From a virus: a DNA stretch of 64,000 bases. The notes under the pieces were generated by a model. That model had not been told where the DNA came from. It was given only the letters and a program-made list of their open reading frames with translations, and did no database searches. The DNA lies in IMG/VR virus record IMGVR_UViG_3300032242_000468, positions 55,274 through 119,273 of that record. One strand, given 5' to 3'. Every line of letters starts with the position of its first letter. Position 1 is the first letter of the stretch. The translations under genes and the position numbers were made by a program. Positions 10,201 through 17,951 of this stretch are shown here, in pieces.

Positions 10201-10528
10201 CTCCTCCGATCAAATCTCCAAGCACTCCACCAAGGAACATTGCGCCCTTGGCCAATCTGCTCATGGACTCAGTAGCATGTTCTGTGGCTACAGTTTCTTC
10301 TTTTGTAGCCTGTGTTTGATCTTTTGTAGCCTTTGTCTCTTGTTGCAGGGCTTGTGTTTGTGCGTTATTGCCACCGCCACCTCCCCCACCTCCTAGACTA
10401 CCTTTTAAACTTGATATTACAGCAGTCTGCTTATTAAGAGCGGCCAGCATGGCCCTTAACGTGGCTTCTGTTGCCGCATTATTCAGTTCTACCGGTTCAC
10501 TACCTATTGTACCCGTTACGTCAGCCAT
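7232..10528 (-). CDS. Tape-measure-like tail protein
   Basis: Long alpha-helical A/K/Q-rich protein with a glycine-zipper hydrophobic segment and the AGGGP...PYLVGENGPEIF motif typical of tape measure proteins. Confidence 0.75.
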   Translation of the reverse strand: MADVTGTIGSEPVELNNAATEATLRAMLAALNKQTAVISSLKGSLGGGGGGGGNNAQTQALQQETKATKDQTQATKEETVATEHATESMSRLAKGAMFLGGVLGDLIGGAVKTASNLTDLAGSMMDGQGKISDFYGALKDLPLGLGLVAGLFEKIAKMQQAELDTYRTMTKAGVNFGGQLNTIRQTALDLGMTLDEFAGFVTKNSNALHRMGGDVEEGAQNFVKLSKDLRNSQMGADLRALGFTTQEVNDGLANYIEATGGRSAQEMKDTKALSQGAGEYLKQLDALAEMTGQSREELEKQQKEASQDAAYQMALAGKTEEEKKKAAAALAEMQAKYGKAGADAFKAKFLGMPPISEQAQALTATVNGFDKALGGVVNDVHDNSKGMKDVNKGLTNVSQTVGKAGKEMGPQMTYALAQGGGALSEAATTMAKHANELDKQGATSAEKEMALRERIGKEQEARERSAAANAAESEKAFKDMGASIYGALQPAIAMLTPIVNDLANEFMGFVKSNMPAIKEAITKFATFITNFAKDLFSEDGQKKIINDITYYLKLMLIEIKKAILPKIMYDDKDAAKERAQLDAQKEAYDAKAEQTRLSVDAEKRNLALSLDGNKAEQEKTAQQVKASKEAIDNANEQLKAGKITKEQYEEIRKKEQASIDVKNSALNLLDAEGKLNEEKKAKLQKEQDTLKNSGEVDAKMAKVKEQEVKDKSNQGTVAGNAAGMAVGAGAGAVGGAVGGGVAGAWAGGIIGSLAGPVGTILGASIGSEIGVWLGGAGGVVLGGLLGKTIGDKMSAPTESAVRKEMEEKENKGKEIGKKAGGGPTDANTPYLVGENGPEIFFSKQAGDILSNSAMKNLGKDKGPDMKSHMQDMTKNLSGNFKGLTDDMIGSQNQKQDITLSKETLVSFSKVFQSDFMPKMQPQPGTKDPQLASQAVLDEMNKKFKDLPPIPKSLMMDDKMQDPTALRDKISMEQSGRTQMQPDMFKSLTDTLLPGFMNKLPSVGDLGKKADEAIKDPKALKDMFDKTMGDDFKNLFGLGDKKEKSDAQTAVPAANENMLKEMQTLNKQTADLVKYMKATLDENKTQTTKLGSLSGNLYV

Positions 10529-10556
10529 TGATTAGATCCACCATTTTATACGTACA

Positions 10557-10588
10557 TAAATATTATCATACTTAGACAAGTTTATTTA
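10557..10588. promoter_or_regulatory. Pair of oppositely oriented late promoters
   Basis: TAAATA at 10557-10562 (+) and at 10588-10583 (-) in the 73-bp gap between divergent genes. Confidence 0.55.
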
Positions 10589-10601
10589 TCGGAGAAATTT
10601 T

Positions 10602-11471
10602 ATGGTTCCTCAACCAAAAGTAAATCAAAATCCTCTAGCAGGATTCATGCGTCAGCCCAAAATTTATATCAAACTTCCCAGCGGAGGTGAGTTTTGGCCA
10701 GCAGGCAGTCTAGACAAGACTGAAAACGGAGAGTATCCTGTTTACTCTATGACTGCAAAGGATGAACTGATGCTTAAGGTTCCTGATGCTCTAATGAACG
10801 GACAGGCAGTTATTAGTGTTATCGAGCACTGCATTCCTAACATCAAGAATGCTTGGCAAACACCAAATTTAGATCTAGATGTTATCTTAATTGCAATCCG
10901 CATTGCTACTTACGGTGATACTATGACTATTCCGGTAAGGCTACAGAAAGGCGAAGAATTTGATTATAATCTAAACCTTAATACCTTAATGGATACTCTT
11001 ATGAATCAGGTTACTTGGCAAACTGCAATTCCTGTAAGTCCCGACCTTACCGTTCATGTACGTCCAATCAACTATAAACAAATGACTGATAGTGCTCTTA
11101 AAACTTTTGAAACACAGAAAATATTTGATGCAGTGAACAATCAAGATCTACCAGTTGACGAAAAAGCCAAAGTGTTTAACGAAAGTTTTGAAAAATTAAA
11201 TCAAATTACAATAGGAATTGTAAACAATTCTGTGTTTGCCATTGAGTCATCAGCAGGAACTACAGATAATCCTGTGCATCTAAAAGAGTTTATGGAAAAT
11301 TCAGATAAAGAAATTTTTGATACAGTTAAAAAGTATATCGAAACTCTAAGAGAAAATAACACTATTAAACCTTTAAAGGTACAGACTACTGAACAGATGC
11401 GTGAATCAGGTGTTGTTGAAGATGAAGTTGAAATTCCGTTAATCTTTGACGCTAGTTATTTTTTCGCATAA
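10602..11471 (+). CDS. Baseplate hub/tail assembly chaperone (gp26-like)
   Basis: RQPKIYIKLPSGG...MTAKDEL...DLDVILIAIRIATYG motifs; GGAGA RBS. Confidence 0.75.
   Translation: MVPQPKVNQNPLAGFMRQPKIYIKLPSGGEFWPAGSLDKTENGEYPVYSMTAKDELMLKVPDALMNGQAVISVIEHCIPNIKNAWQTPNLDLDVILIAIRIATYGDTMTIPVRLQKGEEFDYNLNLNTLMDTLMNQVTWQTAIPVSPDLTVHVRPINYKQMTDSALKTFETQKIFDAVNNQDLPVDEKAKVFNESFEKLNQITIGIVNNSVFAIESSAGTTDNPVHLKEFMENSDKEIFDTVKKYIETLRENNTIKPLKVQTTEQMRESGVVEDEVEIPLIFDASYFFA
11459..11465 (+). other. Putative -1 programmed frameshift heptamer T TTT TTC
   Basis: X-XXY-YYZ heptamer in the correct phase, one codon before the TAA. The -1 frame is open into the downstream 72-aa ORF. Confidence 0.65.
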
Positions 11472-11476
11472 GGCTT

Positions 11477-11695
11477 TTGTCAATGACTATGGAAGACATA
11501 GTCGAACTCGTTCAGCGCATGGAAGTTGAGACAAAAGCCATCAAACAAGAACTCTATAAATTCTGTTGGTACATGCGAGGTAGTCTATCATTTACCGAAG
11601 CCTATGATCTAGAAATAGGCGATAGAGAAATACTGGGAAAAATAATAGAAGACAACTTAGACACAACTAAGAAATCTGGACTTCCGTTCTTTTAA
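11477..11695 (+). CDS. gp51-like small ORF / frameshift extension of upstream chaperone
   Basis: LCWYMRG-type motif (FCWYMRGSLSFTEAY). In the -1 frame relative to the upstream ORF, with no clear RBS. Confidence 0.7.
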   Translation: MSMTMEDIVELVQRMEVETKAIKQELYKFCWYMRGSLSFTEAYDLEIGDREILGKIIEDNLDTTKKSGLPFF

Positions 11696-12894
11696 ATCAT
11701 TCCTCTTAGGAATCTACTGTAGTATTGGATTCCCTCTTTTGCATATTCTTGGTTAGAATCAAACTTACTTGCGGCTCGTGCTTTTTGACTTGCCGCAAGA
11801 TTGGATCTTAGTTTAGCCGTTTGATCTTGGCTAGATGTAGTAGGATTAGTAGTATTTGGAACAACATTAACTGCTTTAGAATTTAATGGCTTAGACACAT
11901 TTTTCATCGTGTTAGGATCAAAGCGTGTAGTAACACCGTAATTAGCCTTACCGTTACCAATTTGATTATTATAACTTCCGCCTGCTCGTTGAAGTGGAAT
12001 CATTTTTCCTGTTTCATCATCATACGTTCCACCTGCATCTTGATGTGCTTTCATTTCTGCGTCAGTATAATTAGGATTTCTTTTAGATTTTTGTTGTGTA
12101 GGGGCCGGTAAAGATAGAGGATTAGTAGTTGACTTTGTCTTAGGTTCAACATCTGTAACATCTGCGTTAGGTTTAGCAGATGTAGATTGTTTATTATTTG
12201 GGTTGTTAGGGTCGGCTTTGTGAACTAGGCCTGTTGATGTTTGATTTATTTGTCCGTTTGTGCTTGACGGAGTGCTTACATTATCAGCAGGAGTCTCTGG
12301 AGCCGATGCTTGCTGAGTTTGATTTGGTTGAGCCTGAGATGCTTGCTGAGTTTGATTTGGTTGAGCCTGAGATGCTTGCTGAGTTTGATTTGGTTGAGCC
12401 TGAGATGCTTGCTGAGTTTGATTTGGTTGAGCCTGAGATGCTTGCTGACCAGAAGTAGCGTTTCCTGTGCTTTGGTTAGGTTGCGTTGTCTGTTGAGAAG
12501 GTGCTGATTGAGAAGTCTGTTTTTGTTGGCGCTCAATTTCGTCTGCTCTTGCCATTAAATCTCTAGCCTGTTTTCTCAAGGTAGCAGGATCTTCTGCACT
12601 CTGTCCTGCTACAGCCTGTGCTTGACCTGCCGCTGATTGTTGTCCTGAGGGTTGATATTGAGTACCGCCTTGTTGTGGTGTCTCATCAGGACCTCCAGCA
12701 ATAGTATCAGATGCTCTGTTATATCCTTTTTTAATAGATCGAGCAATACCTGCTGGTACACCTGCTACTGCACCTATTCCTTGTCCTACTGCTCCAATAC
12801 CTTTACCTATAGCGGCACCTACCTGTCGAGTTTTATCCCATATAGGTCCTTCTTCTAGATCAAAATCTTCAGATATAACTTCATGTAGCCTCAT
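11692..12894 (-). CDS. Low-complexity Q/T/S-rich protein, probable virion internal protein
   Basis: TAAGGA RBS and a full TATAAATA upstream. N-terminus MRLHEVISED; contains an internal 11-aa tandem repeat. Confidence 0.65.
   Translation of the reverse strand: MRLHEVISEDFDLEEGPIWDKTRQVGAAIGKGIGAVGQGIGAVAGVPAGIARSIKKGYNRASDTIAGGPDETPQQGGTQYQPSGQQSAAGQAQAVAGQSAEDPATLRKQARDLMARADEIERQQKQTSQSAPSQQTTQPNQSTGNATSGQQASQAQPNQTQQASQAQPNQTQQASQAQPNQTQQASQAQPNQTQQASAPETPADNVSTPSSTNGQINQTSTGLVHKADPNNPNNKQSTSAKPNADVTDVEPKTKSTTNPLSLPAPTQQKSKRNPNYTDAEMKAHQDAGGTYDDETGKMIPLQRAGGSYNNQIGNGKANYGVTTRFDPNTMKNVSKPLNSKAVNVVPNTTNPTTSSQDQTAKLRSNLAASQKARAASKFDSNQEYAKEGIQYYSRFLRGMI
12305..12448. repeat. 33-bp perfect tandem repeat (~4.4 copies), coding QQASQAQPNQT
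   Basis: Unit GATGCTTGCTGAGTTTGATTTGGTTGAGCCTGA at 12305, 12338, 12371 and 12404, with a partial copy at 12437. Confidence 0.95.
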
Positions 12895-12914
12895 ACAAAT
12901 TCCTTAAGATGATT

Positions 12915-12922
12915 TATTTATA
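12915..12922 (-). promoter_or_regulatory. Full T4 late promoter consensus TATAAATA
   Basis: TATTTATA on plus, about 20 nt upstream of the ATG at 12894. Confidence 0.75.
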
Positions 12923-12925
12923 TTC

Positions 12926-12947
12926 AAAAAGTGAACTACGTTCACTT
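12926..12947 (-). terminator. Intrinsic terminator closing the structured non-coding element
   Basis: Minus strand AAGTGAAC-GTA-GTTCACTTTTT. Confidence 0.6.
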
Positions 12948-13352
12948 GCTCTTTCGTTTCACTCAGAGCATTTTTCTCATCGAAGATGTTTAGCATTATC
13001 CAGATTGTTCAGCCACACTTTGCCCAGAAAGGGCAAAATGAAAACATTATCCGAGTTGAACAATGCCACTTAGTAGTAGAGCGTTACAGAGGCGGTCATC
13101 CTGTACCTCGAGCTCAGTCTTTATATGACGGCGGTTTACATAAATCTACTAACATTTACGCAAACGTAGGGGTTTTCTCCCTTCTTTTTACCTTTTTTCT
13201 TATCTTCTAACAATCAAACAGCAAGGATTTTGCCATCTTGGTCCTGTGAAGGATACTGATTGAGAACTCTTTACGGCGAGAGATTTCCGTCCCTGCGACC
13301 CGAGGTCCAGGTTTAGGGCGCACGATGTTCGCTTGCGCTTGCCTTTTACCGT
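12926..13352 (-). ncRNA. Unclassified ~430-nt structured RNA candidate (or structured origin)
   Basis: Longest gene-free gap in the window, more GC-rich than other gaps, with many nested inverted repeats. G-U pairs form on the minus strand, and the element ends in a terminator. Confidence 0.6.
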
Positions 13353-13778
13353 TTAAGATTTTAAAATATGTGAGCCATGGACACGGACTTGTATATGCCC
13401 GTTATAATATTCATCTGTTTCTAATACTTTGCGGTCGAATTGTTCACGGGCCTCAATGTACGATGTTTCTGCTTTACTTTTACAATAATGTAGTATTTGT
13501 CTTGTGAAATTTTCTTTGCCTAACTTCTCAACATCTGCTGTTAAGTTAGGGCTTGAGCCATAATATTCTTGCCAATCTGAGTCAATTTTGCTACGAATCT
13601 TCTTCTTTTTCTTTGTGCCGTTCTTTAATTTTACAGTTTTATAAGTTGTTTTACTAAATTTTGCTAACTTTTTACCTACGTACTTACGTCCTGTTAAGTT
13701 ATTTGTAATAAGATAAACAAAGCCTACACAGTCTTCAGGGAGCATCTCCACTATCTGGTTCTGGTAAGTCCATGTCAT
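13353..13778 (-). CDS. GIY-YIG endonuclease (T4 EndoII/Seg-like)
   Basis: GFVYLITN...RKYVGKK...YYGSS...E...YYN motif set. Confidence 0.8.
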   Translation of the reverse strand: MTWTYQNQIVEMLPEDCVGFVYLITNNLTGRKYVGKKLAKFSKTTYKTVKLKNGTKKKKKIRSKIDSDWQEYYGSSPNLTADVEKLGKENFTRQILHYCKSKAETSYIEAREQFDRKVLETDEYYNGHIQVRVHGSHILKS

Positions 13779-14106
13779 CCTCTTTTTGTACCTTTTTAAA
13801 CACCTGTACGTACTTTAATCTTTCAAGTTCGTTCACTTTCTTTGACCAACGACGCTTGTCCACTTCTGTGATCAACGTTCTTATTTCACCAACATCTTTG
13901 TACAATACGGTGCACTGCTTCTTAAGAGCGCTGACACTGAGTTGTAATTCGTAAGCAGTTTCTTTATTTGGATATTCCATGTAGGCTACTTCGGCATTAT
14001 GAATACGAAGTACCATAGCAAGGTAATCTGAATAGTGATCACTATGCTTGTTTAGCCTATCCTCTATATGAGGGGTGCTATTCTTGAAATAATTAGCCCT
14101 CGACAT
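13735..14106 (-). CDS. Hypothetical protein
   Basis: ORF fills the gap between gp46 and the nuclease gene. Start placed at ATG 14106 to minimise overlap. Confidence 0.5.
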   Translation of the reverse strand: MSRANYFKNSTPHIEDRLNKHSDHYSDYLAMVLRIHNAEVAYMEYPNKETAYELQLSVSALKKQCTVLYKDVGEIRTLITEVDKRRWSKKVNELERLKYVQVFKKVQKEDDMDLPEPDSGDAP

Positions 14107-15880
14107 AGTCTGTATCTGTTGCGTAACTGGTAAATCCGTTTTCTTTGATAACTTTGAGCACATTATTTACGCGGCCAATCAATTCATCCTTGTGAGATAT
14201 TAGATAAATGTTCTTGTTTCGTTCGCGTGCCATCTTTTTAAGCACAGCAATGCCTGCTTCCACGCCTGCGGCATCCATTCCTGAGTCAATAAGTTCATCA
14301 ATAAACAGTAAATTGATATGTTGATATAAGTTTTCCCAAACATCACGGAATGCCCAAGACAAACTTAAGATCAATCTGTTGCGTTCTCCACGTGATAAGT
14401 TATCAAAGTCTAAGTCTTGACCCAGTTGAGTGATCTCAACTGATAGGTCGTTTAAGAATTTAACCTGATGTGGTAAGCCCATCTTGCCAATATAATAGTC
14501 TAATCTCTTGTTTAGATAGTTCAAATTCTGATCAATGATCTTCTTACGAATGAAACTGTCCTTGTTAGTCAATAGTTTAAGCAAGAATTCCTGATGATCT
14601 TTGATATTTGTTAGTTCGTTCACAGTATCCCAAGTAATTTCTTGTAGGGCCGTGTTCTTTAAATCATCGATCTGTTCTTCGTAAGGGTTATTTTCAGCAA
14701 TTTTATCATCTAAGTTACTCTTTAAATTGTTTAAATTGCTTTGATGTGCGGTTGCTTCTGCTTCTGTATCATAAAATGTAATAGGTTTCTTAGGTTGTTC
14801 ACCAATTCCGTCTATTTCATCTAAGATCTTTTGTAGGTCTTCGCCTACTTTTGTAAAGTAGTTAGCGGCATCCAAGGCATTCTTCTCTGCGACTTCGGAC
14901 ATTTCTTCATGTTTGTGATCGTGAAGTGCTTGTTCACAAGCAGGACAGGTCTTGTCTTTAAGTTTTTCTAATTCTTTGGTATACTTGTCTAATGCTTTCT
15001 CTGCTTGAATAACAGCAGATTCTAAAGTTGCCTTCTGTTTGTTTAGCCCGCGGATTTTATTATCATTGTCATTCCACAGTTTAATATCTACGTGTGCTTG
15101 TAATTCTGTTTGAATATCTACACTTTCTAATTGTGAGATGGCTTTATTAAATTTATCTATGTCGTCTTGCTTTTTATTTGCCCATGCTTTGCTCTTTAAG
15201 ACTAAACTATCAATGCTTTTCTGTACATTTTCGTTTGCGGCTTTGGTAGCATCTATCTTGGCAGTTTCTTGTTGGATATTATCCTTAACTGACTTGATCT
15301 GTGCTTTGAGTAGTTCGCTCTTTTCACTTAGGAGTGTAATACCAAGTAATTGCTCAATAACTTCTCGTTGATCTCCTGCCTTCATGCTTAAGAAGGGCTC
15401 TGTGTAAGTGTTTAGGGCCACAAGATGTTTAAACATTGTATGGCTCATTGCCAACAACTGTTCGATCGACTTTTGTGTTTCTCTGCTGTCGCCCTGAGCA
15501 TCATCTTCTGCTTCTTCTGAAGTTTGTTCTTGATCGTTAACAAAGAACTTCAAAACATTGGGCTTGCGACCACGTTCGATCTTGTATTTTACACCGTTTT
15601 GCTCAAATTCAACAGTGACCAACATGCCTTTGCTGTTAGTTTTGTTAATTAAGTTCTCTTTACGGATGTTTGTTAGTGCTTGACCGTATAGGGCATAACT
15701 TAAAGCATTGATAATTGTTGTTTTACCCGTACCATTCCGTGATCCAGAGTCATCCCCTCCTAAGTCTAAGTTTTCACCTAAGACTAAAGTAAGTGCTTCT
15801 TTATCAAAATCAACTGCTTGTGTTTGATTACCTACAGAGAGAAAGTTTTTAACTGTGATATTCTTGATGTGAAATGTCAT
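14093..15880 (-). CDS. gp46: Recombination exonuclease ATPase subunit (gp46/SbcC/Rad50)
   Basis: KNFLSVG, Walker A NGTGKTT, CPAC zinc hook, LSRGE signature, LLFIDE Walker B, ISH. Confidence 0.95.
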   Translation of the reverse strand: MTFHIKNITVKNFLSVGNQTQAVDFDKEALTLVLGENLDLGGDDSGSRNGTGKTTIINALSYALYGQALTNIRKENLINKTNSKGMLVTVEFEQNGVKYKIERGRKPNVLKFFVNDQEQTSEEAEDDAQGDSRETQKSIEQLLAMSHTMFKHLVALNTYTEPFLSMKAGDQREVIEQLLGITLLSEKSELLKAQIKSVKDNIQQETAKIDATKAANENVQKSIDSLVLKSKAWANKKQDDIDKFNKAISQLESVDIQTELQAHVDIKLWNDNDNKIRGLNKQKATLESAVIQAEKALDKYTKELEKLKDKTCPACEQALHDHKHEEMSEVAEKNALDAANYFTKVGEDLQKILDEIDGIGEQPKKPITFYDTEAEATAHQSNLNNLKSNLDDKIAENNPYEEQIDDLKNTALQEITWDTVNELTNIKDHQEFLLKLLTNKDSFIRKKIIDQNLNYLNKRLDYYIGKMGLPHQVKFLNDLSVEITQLGQDLDFDNLSRGERNRLILSLSWAFRDVWENLYQHINLLFIDELIDSGMDAAGVEAGIAVLKKMARERNKNIYLISHKDELIGRVNNVLKVIKENGFTSYATDTDYVEG

Positions 15881-16890
15881 AGATTATGGTAAATGTCCAA
15901 TAATAATTTTTTATCAAATGCTTCTGAGTCAATATTAACCAATTGTTCTGTTACAATTTGGTCCACTGATTCAAACTTAGAGTCAACTGCGTCTTCAACA
16001 ACGCCCTCTAAGTTCTCACGTTCCTGAATTAACTGTAGTTCACGAATGTCTTTAGCGGCCATAAAGGTTTCTTTTAGGAAATTGGCTTCTTCAAAACTAA
16101 CATTACAGTCTAGGTTTACTTTGAGATACATTTTGTCCTGTAGGATTGTATCTTGTTCGTCGATCAGTTTACTAAGTTTAAGAGTACGGAACTTAGGAGC
16201 ATCAGGCCAAGCCATGTACTGTGGCTCTCCGCCCCATTCCATATACATCATACCTCGGTCGTCATCCCAAGTATCAGCAAAGTTATGCGGAAACGCATTG
16301 CCGATATAGTGAATGGTTCCGGACTTTTGTCTTTTGTGGAAGTGCCCGCTGAAAATATATTCAGGGCCGCTAAAGTCTTCCGCTTTCAACTCGCCGTGGT
16401 CGGGCATCTGCACCATAGCGTTCATATAAAACTTGGGCAATTCAAAATGTCCGAACACATACCGGCTCTTGACTGTTTTCATTGCTCGCCACTCATCTCC
16501 TACAAGCCAAGGTACAAGTGTAACATCTTCTATGGTTGTAACATTGTCTACAACTGTTACACCCGGAATGTGGCGTCCAAACATCGAACTGTGAACATCA
16601 CGTTTGTCTTTGTAAAAGAGATCGTGATTGCCTGGAAACCAGAAGAACTTCTCAAATGCGGCACCTAATTTTTCTAAACATCGCAGAGAAGTATCTAATG
16701 TAATTAGATTGATTGAGTTTCGATTGTGATGCCAATCGCCTAAAAATATACAAGTTTCACAGCCTTTGGCCTGTGCCTCAGCAATAAACCAGTCTACAAA
16801 ATCTTCGCAGTCCTGGTTATGAGTTGCCGAGTTTGACTTTAAGCCAAAATGTATGTCAGTGAAACACGCTACCTTTTTGAATAATCCCAT
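15877..16890 (-). CDS. gp47: Recombination nuclease subunit (gp47/SbcD/Mre11)
   Basis: Metallophosphoesterase motifs DIHFG, GDWHH, GNHD, GHFE, SGHFH. Confidence 0.95.
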   Translation of the reverse strand: MGLFKKVACFTDIHFGLKSNSATHNQDCEDFVDWFIAEAQAKGCETCIFLGDWHHNRNSINLITLDTSLRCLEKLGAAFEKFFWFPGNHDLFYKDKRDVHSSMFGRHIPGVTVVDNVTTIEDVTLVPWLVGDEWRAMKTVKSRYVFGHFELPKFYMNAMVQMPDHGELKAEDFSGPEYIFSGHFHKRQKSGTIHYIGNAFPHNFADTWDDDRGMMYMEWGGEPQYMAWPDAPKFRTLKLSKLIDEQDTILQDKMYLKVNLDCNVSFEEANFLKETFMAAKDIRELQLIQERENLEGVVEDAVDSKFESVDQIVTEQLVNIDSEAFDKKLLLDIYHNL

Positions 16891-16910
16891 CAGTTAGATT
16901 CCTTTTGTAA

Positions 16911-16939
16911 AGTTTAACAGACAGAATGGCAAAGGTCAA
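16911..16939 (-). promoter_or_regulatory. Sigma70-type promoter upstream of gp47
   Basis: TTGACC-17 bp-TAAACT with a TG extended -10. Confidence 0.6.
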
Positions 16940-17841
16940 GCCTCTTCTTCTTCAATATCTGTTTCTTTGCTCTTAGGCATACGGAACTTTTTGTACAGTT
17001 CGGCCTGTCGAGCCGTTTCGATAGCAAACTGTTCTTTGTTCTGTCTGGTGTTACTTGGAGTAAGACCGTGTTCTTGTAGCATATCGTCTCGAATATTTTG
17101 ATTTTTCTTTTCGATATTAAGAATACGAGTGAATGAATTGGTCACTGCGGCAGTATAGTAAGCAAAAGGATTTTCTGATTTGCTTTCATCAAACTGTAGA
17201 CCAATTTGGCTTAATTGTAGGATAGCCTGTCCTTTCATTTCTTCAACGTAGGTGTATCCACGCCAGTTGGATCGTTGGGCATAACGTTCTGACAACTTAA
17301 TAAACATCTTACCAAGGTTTTCAGTAATACGTCCGTGATCTTTACTAAAGTGTCCTTTGTCTACTGACCCCTTCCAATGGCTCTTGCCTACACAGATTAA
17401 TTCATCATTGTCATCAAATTTCCAATGCTGGAACGGTGGAAAGTTTACTTTATCGTGACTATCTGCTGTAGTTTTGGTTGTTTTCTTACGTCCCGGTGCA
17501 AGTGGAATATGCTCAAATGTCATAATACGTATGACTAAATCTACTTTTGCTACGGTTTTGTAATCTGGAGTGCACTCTGCTAGTTTAATTTTTTTATCGC
17601 CTGCAAGTCTTGCTCGGGCAAATGCTTCTAGTCCTAGTCTTTTTGCTTTATTACGTTTTGCTTCTGCTATTGTTCTTATATTAATTTTGTCTAAATTAGA
17701 AAGGATAATATCGTGTTGACTGTATTCTGGTTTGGTAAAACTTGAAAATGTAATTTTTGATCTGTGTATCTCTGCTAGTAAATCCCTGTTGTTTAAGTAT
17801 TTGACTTTGCGTCCAGTTGGGGATGTTGTTATTGTTGTCAT
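16936..17841 (-). CDS. gp55: Late-transcription sigma factor (gp55-like)
   Basis: YLNNRDLL, NWRGYTYVEEM, FDESKSENPFAYYT motifs, next to gp47/gp46 as in T4. Start moved to ATG 17841 because of the AAAGGAG RBS. Confidence 0.85.
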   Translation of the reverse strand: MTTITTSPTGRKVKYLNNRDLLAEIHRSKITFSSFTKPEYSQHDIILSNLDKINIRTIAEAKRNKAKRLGLEAFARARLAGDKKIKLAECTPDYKTVAKVDLVIRIMTFEHIPLAPGRKKTTKTTADSHDKVNFPPFQHWKFDDNDELICVGKSHWKGSVDKGHFSKDHGRITENLGKMFIKLSERYAQRSNWRGYTYVEEMKGQAILQLSQIGLQFDESKSENPFAYYTAAVTNSFTRILNIEKKNQNIRDDMLQEHGLTPSNTRQNKEQFAIETARQAELYKKFRMPKSKETDIEEEEA

Positions 17842-17866
17842 TGGTATATGGACTCCTTTAGTAGTC

Positions 17867-17896
17867 ATTGTAGCATTTTTGCCACAGTGAGGTCAA
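17867..17896 (-). promoter_or_regulatory. Sigma70-type promoter upstream of gp55
   Basis: TTGACC-18 bp-TACAAT with TGn extension. Confidence 0.55.
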
Positions 17897-17911
17897 CCAT
17901 TATATGATGGG

Positions 17912-17931
17912 TTATTTACCTGGTTAAATAA
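17912..17931. promoter_or_regulatory. Back-to-back TAAATA late promoters
   Basis: TTATTTA-cctggt-TAAATAA palindrome between the divergent gp55 and baseplate operons. Confidence 0.55.
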
Positions 17932-17951
17932 AGGTATAGGAAATAAAAACA

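Noticed and set aside
12305-12448. Possible CRISPR array
   Set aside because: Units are contiguous with no spacers, and the 33-bp period is in frame in a coding gene.
12948-12970. Hammerhead-like CUGAGUGAAACGAAA on the minus strand
   Set aside because: It does not match CUGANGA exactly and there is no stem II between the core strands.
12986-13210. 74-aa plus-strand ORF in the structured gap
   Set aside because: No RBS, opposite to the local gene direction, and better explained by RNA structure.
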